NCBI GenBank assembly: GCA_029263195.1
Contig: JAJCXX010000025.1
Coordinates: forward strand, 31,540-95,539
From: Acidimicrobiales bacterium
GTDB lineage: Bacteria; Actinomycetota; Acidimicrobiia; Acidimicrobiales; Aldehydirespiratoraceae
Direction: 5' to 3'
DNA: 64,000 nt
Shown in pieces: positions 28,702-39,522 of the stretch. A program made the translations under genes and the position numbers. The notes beneath the pieces were generated by a model that was not told where the DNA came from, ran no database searches, and was given only the letters and a program-made list of their open reading frames with translations. How positions within the stretch are numbered: position 1 is the first letter of the stretch; the number at the start of each line of letters is the position of its first letter.

Positions 28702-29301
28702 ATGGAGTTCTCTGAAGTTGTCGAGCGTCGACGGATGTGTCGTGCGTTCAGCGACCGCGAGATCGAAGCCTCAACGATCGATGCCCTCCTCGAACAGGCC
28801 AGGCGGGCGCCATCGGCCGGTAACACCGCAGCGTTGGATTTCCTGGTGCTCGCAAGCCGCGAAGACGTCGCCATCTACTGGGACACGACGCTCCCTGCCG
28901 CCCGCCGGGCGACGTTTCCCTGGCCCCGCCTGCTCGACGCTCCGCTGCTGATCATCCCATGGGTTGACCCTGAGGCCTACGTGAAGCGGTACGCCAGGAC
29001 CGACAAGGCCCACACCGGTCTCGGATCGGGCGAATCCGAGTGGACCGTGCCCTACTGGTTCGTCGACGGAGGGGCCGCGGTCATGACATTGCTACACGGG
29101 GCTGTCGACGCTGAGCTGGGAGCACTCTTCTTTGGTCTGTTCGGCGACGAAGACGCCGTGAGGACGAAGTTCGGGGTTCCGGCCAGACTTCGGGCGCTCG
29201 GTTGCGTGGCCATCGGACATCCACTACCGGAGAGGAAGTCGTCGTCGGTATCGACACCGCGGCCGACACTCGATCAGATCGTGCACCGAGGCCGATGGTG
29301 A
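28702..29301 (+). CDS. nitroreductase family protein
   Basis: RRMCRAF...PSAGNTAALDFLV and an overall 200-aa nitroreductase-like layout. Confidence 0.72.
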   Translation: MEFSEVVERRRMCRAFSDREIEASTIDALLEQARRAPSAGNTAALDFLVLASREDVAIYWDTTLPAARRATFPWPRLLDAPLLIIPWVDPEAYVKRYARTDKAHTGLGSGESEWTVPYWFVDGGAAVMTLLHGAVDAELGALFFGLFGDEDAVRTKFGVPARLRALGCVAIGHPLPERKSSSVSTPRPTLDQIVHRGRW

Positions 29302-29801
29302 TCGGCCGAGGGGCTACCATCCAGCCACGTACGCGCATCGACTCGGAGGAACCGACGGTGACCAAGAAACCAGCCCGAAAGACCACAGCCAAGACAGCCT
29401 CTGTGCCGACAGAGCAGGTACCGCTCGTCGACTACCTCCGGCTCGGAGCCCGGCCCTACCTGCGGGCTCACGAATGCACCAAGTGTGGTGCTCGTTACTT
29501 CGACCGACGCAATGCCTGTGCCAAATGCGGAAAGACCGAGTTCAAGAACGCCAGGGTCAAGAACGCGGCTCGGGTCAAGGCATTCACGATCGTCCACCGG
29601 GCGGCACCGGGAGTGCCGGCTCCGTACGTGTCGGCCATCGTCACCACCGAAGACGGCACCACGGTGCGTTCCAACATCGTCAACTGCGAGCCCTCACCCG
29701 ACACGGTGAGGCTCGGAATGAAAGTGAAGCTCACCACCTACCCGATCGGCACCGACGACAACGGTTGTGAGGCCGTTGCCTACGGCTATCAGCCGGCCTG
29801 A
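29295..29801 (+). CDS. Zn-ribbon/OB-fold protein (DUF35 family)
   Basis: CTKCGARYFDRRNACAKCG rubredoxin-like ribbon followed by an OB-fold segment. Lies upstream of a thiolase. ATG 29295 overlaps the nitroreductase stop. GTG 29358 is also possible. Confidence 0.72.
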   Translation: MVIGRGATIQPRTRIDSEEPTVTKKPARKTTAKTASVPTEQVPLVDYLRLGARPYLRAHECTKCGARYFDRRNACAKCGKTEFKNARVKNAARVKAFTIVHRAAPGVPAPYVSAIVTTEDGTTVRSNIVNCEPSPDTVRLGMKVKLTTYPIGTDDNGCEAVAYGYQPA

Positions 29802-29823
29802 TCGGCAAGAGAAAGGCTCTCCC

Positions 29824-31041
29824 ATGCCAGCTGATCCCAACAATGGCGACGACGTCTGGGTCCTCGGGACCCACATGACCAAATTCGGCCGCTACCCCGA
29901 CAAGGACTGGGTGGATCTGGCGAGTGAGAGCGCCATGGAGGCCATGGCCGATGGCAAGGTGACCATCCACGACATGGAGATCCTCGCGGCTGGCTCGCTG
30001 TTCAACGCGTCGGCCGGGCCGGGGCAACGCATCCAGAAACAAATCGGACAGACGGGCATTCCGGTCTACAACGTGGCCAACGCCTGCGCCACCGGTGCCA
30101 CCGCCATCCGCACCGTCTATATGGCCATCAAGGCCGGCGAGGCCGAGATGGGCCTGGCGGTCGGCGTCGAACAGATGGGCAAGATGGGAATGCTCACCGG
30201 TGCGACCAAGAAGGAGAGCAAGACCTACGAACCAAGCGGACGGTTCGGGGCGGTCACGGGAGTCGATGGCTATCTCGGTACCGACGGCATGCCCGGCGTC
30301 TTTGCCCAGGCCGGCATGGAGTACGCCAACGACCACGACGGAGTGGGGTTCGAACAGTTCGCCAAGGTTGCCTACAAGAACCACAAGAATTCGGCGCTCA
30401 ACCCCCTCGCCCAGTACCGCAAGGAGTTCAGTCTCGAAGAGGTGATGGGTGCTCCTGTGATGTCCTACCCAAATACCTTGCTCATGTGTTGCCCCACCGG
30501 TGATGGCGCAGCATCGGTTGTGCTTGTTTCAGGTGAGCGGCTCAAGAGCATGTCGAAGCGGGCGCAGAAGCGCGCCGTGAAGATCTCGGCCTCGGTTCTC
30601 ACCTCCGATCCGTGGACCGAATCCGGCCAGGTGCTGCCCGACGTCAACACTCTCACCCGCAATGCCGCGGAGCAGGCCTACGAGAAGTCAGGGGTCGACC
30701 CATCCGACCTCGATCTCGTCGAACTGCACGACTGTTTCGCAACCGCCGAATTACTGCACTACGACAATCTTGGTCTGTGTGAGCGCGGCGGGGCCGGAGA
30801 CTGGATCGATTCCGGCGGCCCGTTCCGCGACGGCGACACGCCGGTCAACGTCTCGGGTGGGTTGATCTCGAAGGGCCACCCGATCGGCGCAACCGGCGTC
30901 GCCAACGTCTATGAGGTGACCACTCACCTGCGCGGCGAAGCCGGCGACCGACAGGTGAAGGGCGCCACGGTCGGTCTCACCCATGTGATCGGCCTCGGTT
31001 CATCGTGCGGGATCCACATTCTCGAAAAGGCCGCGGTCTGA
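29824..31041 (+). CDS. SCP2-type thiolase (acetyl-CoA acetyltransferase family)
   Basis: Nucleophile context VANACATGA, SCP2-thiolase signature HDCF, GHPIGATG and the C-terminal GLGSSCG. Confidence 0.85.
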   Translation: MPADPNNGDDVWVLGTHMTKFGRYPDKDWVDLASESAMEAMADGKVTIHDMEILAAGSLFNASAGPGQRIQKQIGQTGIPVYNVANACATGATAIRTVYMAIKAGEAEMGLAVGVEQMGKMGMLTGATKKESKTYEPSGRFGAVTGVDGYLGTDGMPGVFAQAGMEYANDHDGVGFEQFAKVAYKNHKNSALNPLAQYRKEFSLEEVMGAPVMSYPNTLLMCCPTGDGAASVVLVSGERLKSMSKRAQKRAVKISASVLTSDPWTESGQVLPDVNTLTRNAAEQAYEKSGVDPSDLDLVELHDCFATAELLHYDNLGLCERGGAGDWIDSGGPFRDGDTPVNVSGGLISKGHPIGATGVANVYEVTTHLRGEAGDRQVKGATVGLTHVIGLGSSCGIHILEKAAV

Positions 31042-31054
31042 ATCAGCAGGTCGG

Positions 31055-31537
31055 ATGACCGGGAAGACTTCGGTGCCTCCGCTCCACGGATGGACTCGGG
31101 TCCGGCGCGCCTACCTCGATCTGATCGACGAAGCCGATCCGGTCGATCCAGCGTTGGTCGCCGACGCTCTGGATCTTCGTCCGGGTTTCATCGAAGCCGA
31201 GATCCACGCCGTTGCCGCGGCTGGCGGTACCGCGCTGATTTCAGGCCCCGATGATCTGCTGGAGATACGAACCGCAGTCGAGCGCATGACCGGTCCGGGC
31301 ACCTGGCCGACTCGTGTGATCCCTCGGGGTTTCGAAGTGGTCGCCCACAAATCCGTCAGGGTCGAGCTGCCACGGTTGGGACCCGTACTGAGCTTGGTCA
31401 TGGCGATGGACGGACTGGTTGACGACCGTTCGAGGGCATGGCGAACCTGGAGGACGGTTGTCGATTCCGTTGGGAGAGGCCTCGAGACGGTCGACGAGAT
31501 GACCGTCGACACCCTGATGGTGGCTCCAGCGGGTTGA
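31055..31537 (+). CDS. hypothetical protein
   Basis: 160-aa ORF with coding-like composition. The antisense ORF is S/T/R-rich junk. No motif recognised. Confidence 0.45.
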   Translation: MTGKTSVPPLHGWTRVRRAYLDLIDEADPVDPALVADALDLRPGFIEAEIHAVAAAGGTALISGPDDLLEIRTAVERMTGPGTWPTRVIPRGFEVVAHKSVRVELPRLGPVLSLVMAMDGLVDDRSRAWRTWRTVVDSVGRGLETVDEMTVDTLMVAPAG

Positions 31538-34500
31538 TCAGGTTGCTTCGAGGATCTCCAGAATGGAGCGAACTCGTTTCACACTCACCTTTCCCTTGGC
31601 CCCCACGGCTTGGGCAAACAGGCTCACTCGCAGTTCCTGGAGACTCCAAGTGAGATCCTCGAGCTCGGGAGACCAGGGCCGTGAATCGAGCAATCGTTCG
31701 TGCTGGGCCTCGAGTCCTCGGATCGTGCGCATGATCTCCCGGTCGTGCGAGACGGTGTCGGCCAAGCGGTCCAGACGTCGATCGGCGGCTGTGAGGTATC
31801 GAACCAGGTCGGCAAGACGGGCGCCGCCGACGCCGGCGACGAATCCGGGATACACCAGTCGTCGTATCTGCTCGTCGATGTCGCTGATCGTCGGCTGGAG
31901 AGACTGCGCCTTGAATGATCGGATGCGGCGACTCAGGTCCCGCCAGACATTCAGTACGTCGACCGAAGCCAATGCCACCTCCTCAACCTGTCGGGGAAGG
32001 GTCTCCCTTACCCGTGAGAGAAGATCGGCGAATGCCTCGGGTGTCCAGACGGGGCCTCCGGCATCGGCGAGAAGGCCGTCCACCGCAGCCGAGACACAGT
32101 CGTCGAACCACTCGGCTGGACCCGGGTACGGGCTGATCACTATGGCGAGCTTCACGTCGTTGGTGAGGATGGGCCGCATGACCTTCGACATTGAGGGCCG
32201 GTTGCACAACAACAGACGGCGGGTGCCGGCCCACATTGATTCGACCTGCTCATCCCGGGTGGCGAGCAACTGGACCGAAACGGTGTCGTGATCGTCGACG
32301 AGAGAGGGGAACGACTGCACGATGTGACCGAGCCCCTCCGACTCGACCACCTTCGGAAGCTCACCGAAGTCCCATGTGGAGAGACCCGACCGCTCGAGGG
32401 GGTGTCGGCCCCCAGACAGCAGAATTCGGGCCTCCTGTCGAATGTGGTTCTTGAGCAGATCGAGGTCGTCGTCCTCGGCCAGCACCCCGTTGTCGTCAAC
32501 GATTCGAAAGTGCGGCTTGAGGTGGGTCGGCAGCAACGACAGATCGAAGTCATCGCGACTCAAATCGACCCGCCGAACCTGCGACAGGGCAGCCCGGAGT
32601 TGGTCGATCAACGCCTTGTCGGTATCGAGCAGTGGCACGACCTCGAGGATGGTCTCGGGCAACGGCACCAACGATCGTCGAATCGCTTTGGGAAGAGATC
32701 TGATCAGCTCGCCCAGGACCTCCGTTCGCAGGCCCGGAACGTTCCAGCGAAAGGGCTCGGGGTCGACCCTGCTGAGTACATCCACTGGCACGTCGAAGGT
32801 CGCTCCATCGGTTGGGCTGTTGGAATCGAATTCGTAGTGAATGGGAAGTCGAAGGTCGCCGTGGCTCCATTCGTCGGGGAATCCGTCAGGGTCGATCGGG
32901 CCGATCCCGGGATCGAGGAGCTCGGTGATGGAGAAATCCAGCAAACTCGGGTTCGTCGCTCCGGCCTTCTTCCACCATCGATCGAAGTGTGCGGCGGACA
33001 CGATCGATTCAGGAATGCGTTCTAGGTAGAGCTCGGTGAGTCGACGGTCGTCGCTCATGAGATCGTCCCGCCGCAGCCGGAGTTGCAAGTCGAGAACCTC
33101 ATCGATGCGAGCCGAGTTGTCGAGAAGAAACTTGTGGTGCGAGTCCCAATCGCGCTCCACCAGGGCATGGAAGACAAACATCTCGCGCGCCATGGGAGCG
33201 TTCACGCGTTGAAGGTTGACCCGTCGGTCGGCTACCACCGGCAAGCCATGGAGAGAGGCGCGCTCAGTGCACATGGCGGCACCCCGGTCGGGATCCCACC
33301 ACGGGTCGGTCCATTCCCAGTGCAGAAGATGGTCAGCAGCCTGCTCAATCCACTCGGTACGGATTCGAGCGACAACCCGCGCTCGTAGCTGATCGGTCTC
33401 GACCAACTCGCCTGCCATCACCCATCGAGGTGATTGCGATCGGAGAGTCGAGCCAGGTGCGATAGTGAAGCGGGCGTTTCGGGCACCGCGGTATTCGGCC
33501 CGGGGAGGTCGGCGGCCCTGTCTGGTGGGGGAGACAGCTTTGGTGTCCTGATGCAGGAACCCAATGTGGGACAGGAACCCGGTGAGCAATGCCTTGTGAA
33601 CGAGATCGGGCGGCGCATCGTTGCGGTTGCGTCGTAACCCCAGGTCGTCGCACACCCGGCGGAGCTGGCCGTGTACGTCCTGCCACTCGCGGATTCGTAG
33701 GAAATGCAGGAACTCGTTCCGGCACATCTTTCGGAACTGATTTCCGGATCGCGACCTCCTCTCATCCCTGAGGTGTTGCCACAGATGGAGATAGGAGAGG
33801 AAGTCGGATTCGGGATCGCGGTACCGGGAGTGGAATTCGTCGGCCACCTGCTCCTTGCCTTTGGGTCTCTCCCGGGGGTCCTGGATCGACAGACCCGACA
33901 CAATCACGAGAATCTCTCGCAGACATCCGAGGTCCGCTGCTTCCAGGACGACCCGCGCCAGTCGAGGATCGAGAGGTATTCGGGCCATCCGGCGGCCGGT
34001 TCCGGTGAGCCAGCCGTTGCGACCACGCTTGCCGACGCGCTCCGGGTCGACGGCATCGAGTTCTTCCAGAAGAGCGACCCCGTCGCGGATCGAATGTGTG
34101 TCGGGTGGCTCGATGAACGGAAACGACTCGACCTCACCGAGACCGAGTGCCGCCATCGCCAGGATGACCGAAGCCAGATTTGTCCGCAGGATCTCAGGTT
34201 CGGTGAACTGGGGGCGGGCATCGAAGTCATCGACGGCGTAGAGACGGATGCACACGCCTGGTCCGAGACGCCCGCATCGACCGGCTCGCTGATCGGCCGA
34301 TGCCTGAGATACCGACTCGATTGGTAGGCGCTGGACCTTGGTTCGCCGATTGAAACGCGAGATGCGGGCGTTGCCCGGATCGACGACGCTGCGAATTCCG
34401 GGAACCGTCAACGAGGTCTCGGCCACGTTGGTGGCGAGAACAACGCGGCGCTTCGTGTGAGCCTCGAACACCCGGTGCTGTTCAGCCGCCGACAGGCGAG

Positions 34501-35338
34501 CGTAGAGAGGGAGTATCTCCGTGTCGCGAAGACGGAGCGCCTCCAACGCCTCGGCGGCATCACGGATATCGCGCTCTCCGGCACAGAAGACGAGAATGTC
34601 GCCCGCGAGGTCCCGTTGGAGTTCCTTCACGGCGCCGCAGATTCCTTCGGTCTGGTCGAGGACCTGAGCGCCGGGATCGTCGGGGTCGCCCAATGGGGCA
34701 TAGCGAATCTCGACCGGATGCGTGCGCCCGGATACCTCGACGATCGGAGCGTCATCGAAATGAGCAGAGAACCGGGAGGTGTCAATCGTCGCCGAGGTGA
34801 TGATCAACTTGAGATCAGGTCGGCGGGGGAGGAGACGCTTGAGATAGCCCAGCAGGAAGTCGATGTTGAGACTCCGCTCGTGGGCCTCGTCGATGATGAG
34901 GGTGTCGTATCGACGCAGGTCGCGGTCGCGTTGCATCTCCGAGAGAAGAATGCCGTCGGTCATCAGCTTGAGAAGGGTGTCGCTGCCGACCTCATCGGTG
35001 AAGCGAACTGTGTAGCCCACGAGTTCGCCGACAGTCGTGCCGATCTCCTCAGCCACCCGTTCGGCGATCGAACGTGCCGCGAGGCGCCGCGGTTGGGTAT
35101 GACCGATGAGTCCGGCCGCGCCTCTCCCCAGTTCGAGACACAACTTGGGTAGCTGAGTGCTCTTTCCCGATCCGGTTTCGCCGGCGACGATCACGACCTG
35201 GTTGTCGGCGATTGTGCGGAGCAGTTCGTCGCGACGTTGTGTGATCGGCAGTTCGGATGGATAACAGATCTCAGGGATGAGAGCGCGTCGACGGTCGACC
35301 TCGGCGGGATCGGGGGACGGTCTCTCTCGGCGACTCAC
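31538..35338 (-). CDS. hrpA: ATP-dependent RNA helicase HrpA (DEAH box)
   Basis: 1266 aa. [20 protein letters not shown], and HA2/OB and HrpA C-terminal regions. Confidence 0.95.
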   Translation of the reverse strand: MSRRERPSPDPAEVDRRRALIPEICYPSELPITQRRDELLRTIADNQVVIVAGETGSGKSTQLPKLCLELGRGAAGLIGHTQPRRLAARSIAERVAEEIGTTVGELVGYTVRFTDEVGSDTLLKLMTDGILLSEMQRDRDLRRYDTLIIDEAHERSLNIDFLLGYLKRLLPRRPDLKLIITSATIDTSRFSAHFDDAPIVEVSGRTHPVEIRYAPLGDPDDPGAQVLDQTEGICGAVKELQRDLAGDILVFCAGERDIRDAAEALEALRLRDTEILPLYARLSAAEQHRVFEAHTKRRVVLATNVAETSLTVPGIRSVVDPGNARISRFNRRTKVQRLPIESVSQASADQRAGRCGRLGPGVCIRLYAVDDFDARPQFTEPEILRTNLASVILAMAALGLGEVESFPFIEPPDTHSIRDGVALLEELDAVDPERVGKRGRNGWLTGTGRRMARIPLDPRLARVVLEAADLGCLREILVIVSGLSIQDPRERPKGKEQVADEFHSRYRDPESDFLSYLHLWQHLRDERRSRSGNQFRKMCRNEFLHFLRIREWQDVHGQLRRVCDDLGLRRNRNDAPPDLVHKALLTGFLSHIGFLHQDTKAVSPTRQGRRPPRAEYRGARNARFTIAPGSTLRSQSPRWVMAGELVETDQLRARVVARIRTEWIEQAADHLLHWEWTDPWWDPDRGAAMCTERASLHGLPVVADRRVNLQRVNAPMAREMFVFHALVERDWDSHHKFLLDNSARIDEVLDLQLRLRRDDLMSDDRRLTELYLERIPESIVSAAHFDRWWKKAGATNPSLLDFSITELLDPGIGPIDPDGFPDEWSHGDLRLPIHYEFDSNSPTDGATFDVPVDVLSRVDPEPFRWNVPGLRTEVLGELIRSLPKAIRRSLVPLPETILEVVPLLDTDKALIDQLRAALSQVRRVDLSRDDFDLSLLPTHLKPHFRIVDDNGVLAEDDDLDLLKNHIRQEARILLSGGRHPLERSGLSTWDFGELPKVVESEGLGHIVQSFPSLVDDHDTVSVQLLATRDEQVESMWAGTRRLLLCNRPSMSKVMRPILTNDVKLAIVISPYPGPAEWFDDCVSAAVDGLLADAGGPVWTPEAFADLLSRVRETLPRQVEEVALASVDVLNVWRDLSRRIRSFKAQSLQPTISDIDEQIRRLVYPGFVAGVGGARLADLVRYLTAADRRLDRLADTVSHDREIMRTIRGLEAQHERLLDSRPWSPELEDLTWSLQELRVSLFAQAVGAKGKVSVKRVRSILEILEAT

Positions 35339-37338
35339 TGTCGGAGCAGGTTACGGAGTCCTTCGACGGTGTCGACCGGGGCAAGACACGTGTAGTCGTG
35401 GCACACATAGGCGTTGCCGGGAAGACGTCCCTCCCACAGGGGCGAATCGTAGGGCTGACCCCAGGCCAGAACCACTTCGGGATACCAGTCGGATCTGACA
35501 ACGTCCACCAGGTCGGGGCGATCACCTACGACAGCGACCTCGGTGATGCCGCTTCCAACCAGACCGACCGCACTGAGCATGTGCCCGAACGCAGTCGGAT
35601 GACGTCCGATCGAGTCGTCGAGCATTGAGAGGGCTCTATGAGCGGCGTCGGTGAAGCGACCGAGTCCGGTGAGGGCACCGAGTCGCAACAAACTCACGGC
35701 CGCCAACGACTGCGCTGACGGCGTGGCGTTGTCCATCAGGTCCTTGGGTCGTTTGATCAGCTCTTCGGCGTCGGATCCCGTCGTGAAGAACCCTCCGGCC
35801 TCCGTGTCGGTGAACAAGTTGATCAGGGCGTCGGCCGTCTCGATTGCATGGTCGATCCAGCGGGGTTCGCCGGTGAGCTCGGAGAGACGGGTGAACGCGT
35901 CGACGAGGGCGGCGTGGTCGTGGGCGTAGGCGAGGTGTCGGGCCCGACCGTCGCCGGAGTCGGCGTCGCCTTGCCAGCTACGTAGCCAGCGCCCGTCGAA
36001 TCTGCGCAGGTTGGCAATGAGGAATTCCCCGTTGGCAATAGCGGCGGTCTTCCACCGGGAGTTGCCGGTGACGGCGGCGGCCTCGGCCAACGTCGAGAGA
36101 AACAGAGCGTTCCACTCGGTGAGAACCTTGTCGTCGAGACCGGGCCGAATCCGGGTGTCGCGGTGGACGAAGAGGGCTTCGCGCAGGGCTTCGATCGCAG
36201 CGGGCCGGATCAGATCTCCGCGCACCGGTCGATTGAGAATGTTGTCGCCCTCGAAGTTTCCGGCTGGGGTGACTCCCCACCATTGCAGTCCTGGCTCCGG
36301 ATCAAGACCGGCGGCCCGGCAGGTATCAACGAACTCGTCGTGGGACCAAACATAGAACCGACCTTCCACGCCCTCGGAGTCGGCATCCTCGGCTGAACAG
36401 AAACCTCCGGCCTGATGGGACAGTTCACGCAGCACATAGTTGATCGTCTCATCGACGACCTGTCGGTACACGTCGTCGTCGGTGACCTGCCAGGCGTGCA
36501 GATAGACCCTCGCCAGAAGAGCATTGTCGTAGAGCATCTTCTCGAAGTGCGGCACCAGCCACTCGCGATCCACCGAGTACCGGGCGAACCCTCCTCCGAG
36601 ATGGTCGTAGATCCCTCCGGAGGCCATGGCGTCGAGGCTGGTCGTGACGATCTCGAGGACACCGGCGTCGGGATCATGGAGATGAATTCGCAGCAAGGCA
36701 TCGAGCCCCATCGCCGCCGGAAACTTCGGGGCGCCACCGAAGCCACCCCAGTCGCCGTCGAATTGCTCTTTGAACTGGCCGGCGGCGGCAATGAGTTGAC
36801 CAAGATCGGGAGGCGAAGATCCATCGACCGCCGCCACGTCGATACCGGACTGGAGGGCCTCGGTCAGCCTCTCGGCCTGGTCGACCACATCGGCCCGATG
36901 GTTGCTCCATGCCTGGTCGATCGCGGTCATCAACTCTCGAAGCGACGGCATCTGCCCGCGTCGTTCGGGCGGATAGTAGGTACCTCCGAAGAAAGGTCGC
37001 CCGTCAGGAGTGAGAAACACCGTCATCGGCCAACCGCCGTGCCCGGTCATGGCCTGAACTGCTTCCATGTAGATGGCGTCGACGTCGGGGCGTTCCTCAC
37101 GGTCGACCTTCACGTTGACGAACAGTTCGTTCATCGTCACGGCCGTGTCGGGATCTTCGAACGACTCGTGGGCCATCACATGACACCAGTGACATGCCGA
37201 ATAGCCGACCGACAGAAGTACGGGCCGATCACGCCGCCGTGCCTCTTCGAATGCGTCGCCGCCCCACGGATACCAATCGACCGGATTGTCGCGGTGCTGT
37301 CGCAAATAGGGGCTTGATTCATCCTCGAGACGGTTCAC
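35335..37338 (-). CDS. thioredoxin-domain protein, DUF255/YyaL family (with glycoside-hydrolase-like alpha/alpha barrel)
   Basis: [18 protein letters not shown] and SACHWCHVM. 667 aa. 4-nt overlap with hrpA. Confidence 0.85.
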   Translation of the reverse strand: MNRLEDESSPYLRQHRDNPVDWYPWGGDAFEEARRRDRPVLLSVGYSACHWCHVMAHESFEDPDTAVTMNELFVNVKVDREERPDVDAIYMEAVQAMTGHGGWPMTVFLTPDGRPFFGGTYYPPERRGQMPSLRELMTAIDQAWSNHRADVVDQAERLTEALQSGIDVAAVDGSSPPDLGQLIAAAGQFKEQFDGDWGGFGGAPKFPAAMGLDALLRIHLHDPDAGVLEIVTTSLDAMASGGIYDHLGGGFARYSVDREWLVPHFEKMLYDNALLARVYLHAWQVTDDDVYRQVVDETINYVLRELSHQAGGFCSAEDADSEGVEGRFYVWSHDEFVDTCRAAGLDPEPGLQWWGVTPAGNFEGDNILNRPVRGDLIRPAAIEALREALFVHRDTRIRPGLDDKVLTEWNALFLSTLAEAAAVTGNSRWKTAAIANGEFLIANLRRFDGRWLRSWQGDADSGDGRARHLAYAHDHAALVDAFTRLSELTGEPRWIDHAIETADALINLFTDTEAGGFFTTGSDAEELIKRPKDLMDNATPSAQSLAAVSLLRLGALTGLGRFTDAAHRALSMLDDSIGRHPTAFGHMLSAVGLVGSGITEVAVVGDRPDLVDVVRSDWYPEVVLAWGQPYDSPLWEGRLPGNAYVCHDYTCLAPVDTVEGLRNLLRQ

Positions 37339-37547
37339 GCCGCGATCCTAAGCCCGACCCTCGTTCTCTGGGTCCCAAATACCGTCATGGAATTGTGATC
37401 TCGTCTCGCTTCCCAAATCCGCTACTGGCTGGTAGACATGTCGGTTGCTGAAACGTGGGGAGTAGGTCTTGACCGAATTCCGACGTTTGAGTGCACAAAC
37501 TTCGGGCGCGGTGTTGCGTCGCGAATCTGCCTACACAGGAGAAATTC

Positions 37548-39425
37548 ATGCGAACGAACCGACGGCTTCTCGGCCTGTTGGGTGTGTTGCTTGCTTTCAC
37601 TCTGATCGCCACCGCATGCGGTGACGACAGTGAAACGGACGCCACCCCAACTGCAACCGACGCGCCCACGACCACGGCTGCTGGCGAAGATCCGCCGGCA
37701 ACGACCGCGGCGCCGGCCACCACGGAAGCTCCCGCGAGCGGGGGCACCCTGATCTGGGCCCATGAGCAGGAGCCGCCGGACATGGCGCTCGACGATCCCA
37801 ACAACAACCTCACCATCACCTCGTGGATTTGGCGTGCGATGCTCGAGGGCCTCTACGGCATCGACTCGACAACGTCGTACTACCCGCAGTTGCTCGACGG
37901 TGAGGCCAGCATCGCCGACAACGGCGACGGCAGCTTCACTGTGACCGGCGCATTGCGTTCGGGCCTGGTCTGGTCTGACGGCGATCCGCTCGACACGGCC
38001 GACATCCTCGGTACCCACGCGATCATCATCGAAGGCTGCACTACCGCCACCGCTGACGAGAACGCCGATTGCACCGACGCTGTCTACAACCTCGGCGACC
38101 GCACCGGTTCCGACATGATCACCAGCATCGAAGCGGTGAGCGACACTGAGTTCAGCTACACGCTCAACGCCTTCTTCGCTGGTTGGAAGGGCCTGTTCGA
38201 TCGTCTCTTCCCGAGCCACGTGATCGGCGACGCCGCTACCGCCAACGACCTCTTCCCCGAGTGGAATCTGGCAAGTGGCGATCCCATCCCGTCTTCGGGC
38301 GCGATGATCTTTGACAACTGGGAGCGTGGCGTTGCAGTCGAACTCGTTCGCAACGACAGCTACAACGGCTCGACGAGCCCGGATGCCAAGAACCCCGGTC
38401 TGGCCTTCGTCGATGGTGTTCGCATCAACTTCGTGGTCGACACCGATGCTCAGATCAACGCCCTCAAGACCGGTGAGGCTCACGTCATCATGACGCAGCC
38501 GCAACTGGCCTTCGGCGACCGTCTCGGCACCGACTCCAACATCACGCTGGCCGCTTCGGCCGGTCCGGTGTTCGAGCACTGGGGCTTCAACCTGCTCAAC
38601 GCCCACCTGGCCGATTCCAACGTGCGCGAGATGCTTCTGTTCCTCCTCGACAAGAGCGAGGTCATGAGCGCCCTGTACACGCCGCTGTTCGGCGATCTGC
38701 TTCCGGCAGAGGGCCTCGGTGGCACGTACTGGCTGAGCAACCAGCCGGCCTACACCAACCACCAGTCTGACTACGACGGCTCCCAGATCGAAGCTGCCCA
38801 GGCCAAGGCCGAGGCATCGGGCTACGTGCTCGGTGACGACGGCATCTACGAGCACCCCACTCGTGGCCGTTTGACGCTTCGCGTCGGCACCACAGGTGGC
38901 AACGGGCTCCGTGAGCTGCAGCAGCAGCTCATCCAGGCCCAGATGCTCAAGGGTGGCGTCGAGATTGTCATCGACAACGTGCCCGGTGGCGCCTACTTCG
39001 GTGAGCGTCCCTTCGCTGAGGCAGCTCTTGCTGCGTCGGCTTCGCTCGGCGCCGAAGGCGACCCCGATATCTGGGATATCACCCAGTTCGCATGGGTCGG
39101 TGGCCCCTGGCCCGGTGGCCAGACAGTTGCTTACAAGAGCGACTCTGGCGACAACCCATACGGCTACCAGAACGCCGACTTCGATGCCAAGGCCGACGAG
39201 TGCGACAGCACAGTGGATGAAGCCGCTAGCGCGACTTGCTACGACGAGCTGGATGCGTTCGTCACCCAGTTGCAGGCTGACGGAAGTGGCCTCGTTGTGA
39301 TGCCGCTCACCCAGAAGCCGTCGTTCTACGCCTACAACAGCGCAGAGCTGTCCCAGAATGGTGTCTCCCCCGACGCCAACAACTCGGGTCCGCTCGAGAA
39401 CGTCCAGGATTACCAGTTCGGCTGA
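37548..39425 (+). CDS. ABC transporter substrate-binding lipoprotein, peptide/nickel (family 5) type
   Basis: ATG 37548 is preceded by AGGAGAA. Signal peptide with lipobox LIATAC. T/A/P-rich linker, then an SBP_bac_5-like body. Confidence 0.85.
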   Translation: MRTNRRLLGLLGVLLAFTLIATACGDDSETDATPTATDAPTTTAAGEDPPATTAAPATTEAPASGGTLIWAHEQEPPDMALDDPNNNLTITSWIWRAMLEGLYGIDSTTSYYPQLLDGEASIADNGDGSFTVTGALRSGLVWSDGDPLDTADILGTHAIIIEGCTTATADENADCTDAVYNLGDRTGSDMITSIEAVSDTEFSYTLNAFFAGWKGLFDRLFPSHVIGDAATANDLFPEWNLASGDPIPSSGAMIFDNWERGVAVELVRNDSYNGSTSPDAKNPGLAFVDGVRINFVVDTDAQINALKTGEAHVIMTQPQLAFGDRLGTDSNITLAASAGPVFEHWGFNLLNAHLADSNVREMLLFLLDKSEVMSALYTPLFGDLLPAEGLGGTYWLSNQPAYTNHQSDYDGSQIEAAQAKAEASGYVLGDDGIYEHPTRGRLTLRVGTTGGNGLRELQQQLIQAQMLKGGVEIVIDNVPGGAYFGERPFAEAALAASASLGAEGDPDIWDITQFAWVGGPWPGGQTVAYKSDSGDNPYGYQNADFDAKADECDSTVDEAASATCYDELDAFVTQLQADGSGLVVMPLTQKPSFYAYNSAELSQNGVSPDANNSGPLENVQDYQFG

Positions 39426-39449
39426 GTCCTGAGGATTGAATGACGGGTG

Positions 39450-39497
39450 CCGTGGAGGGGTCTAGAGTGACCCCTCCACGGTTGTCCGTTGTTGTTT
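39450..39497 (+). terminator. intrinsic terminator/attenuator hairpin between SBP and permease genes
   Basis: Perfect 13-bp stem CCGTGGAGGGGTC / GACCCCTCCACGG with loop TAGAGT, followed by the T-rich tract ttgtccgttgttgtttg. Confidence 0.6.
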
Positions 39498-39522
39498 GAC
39501 CTGTATTACACCGGGAGTTCGA

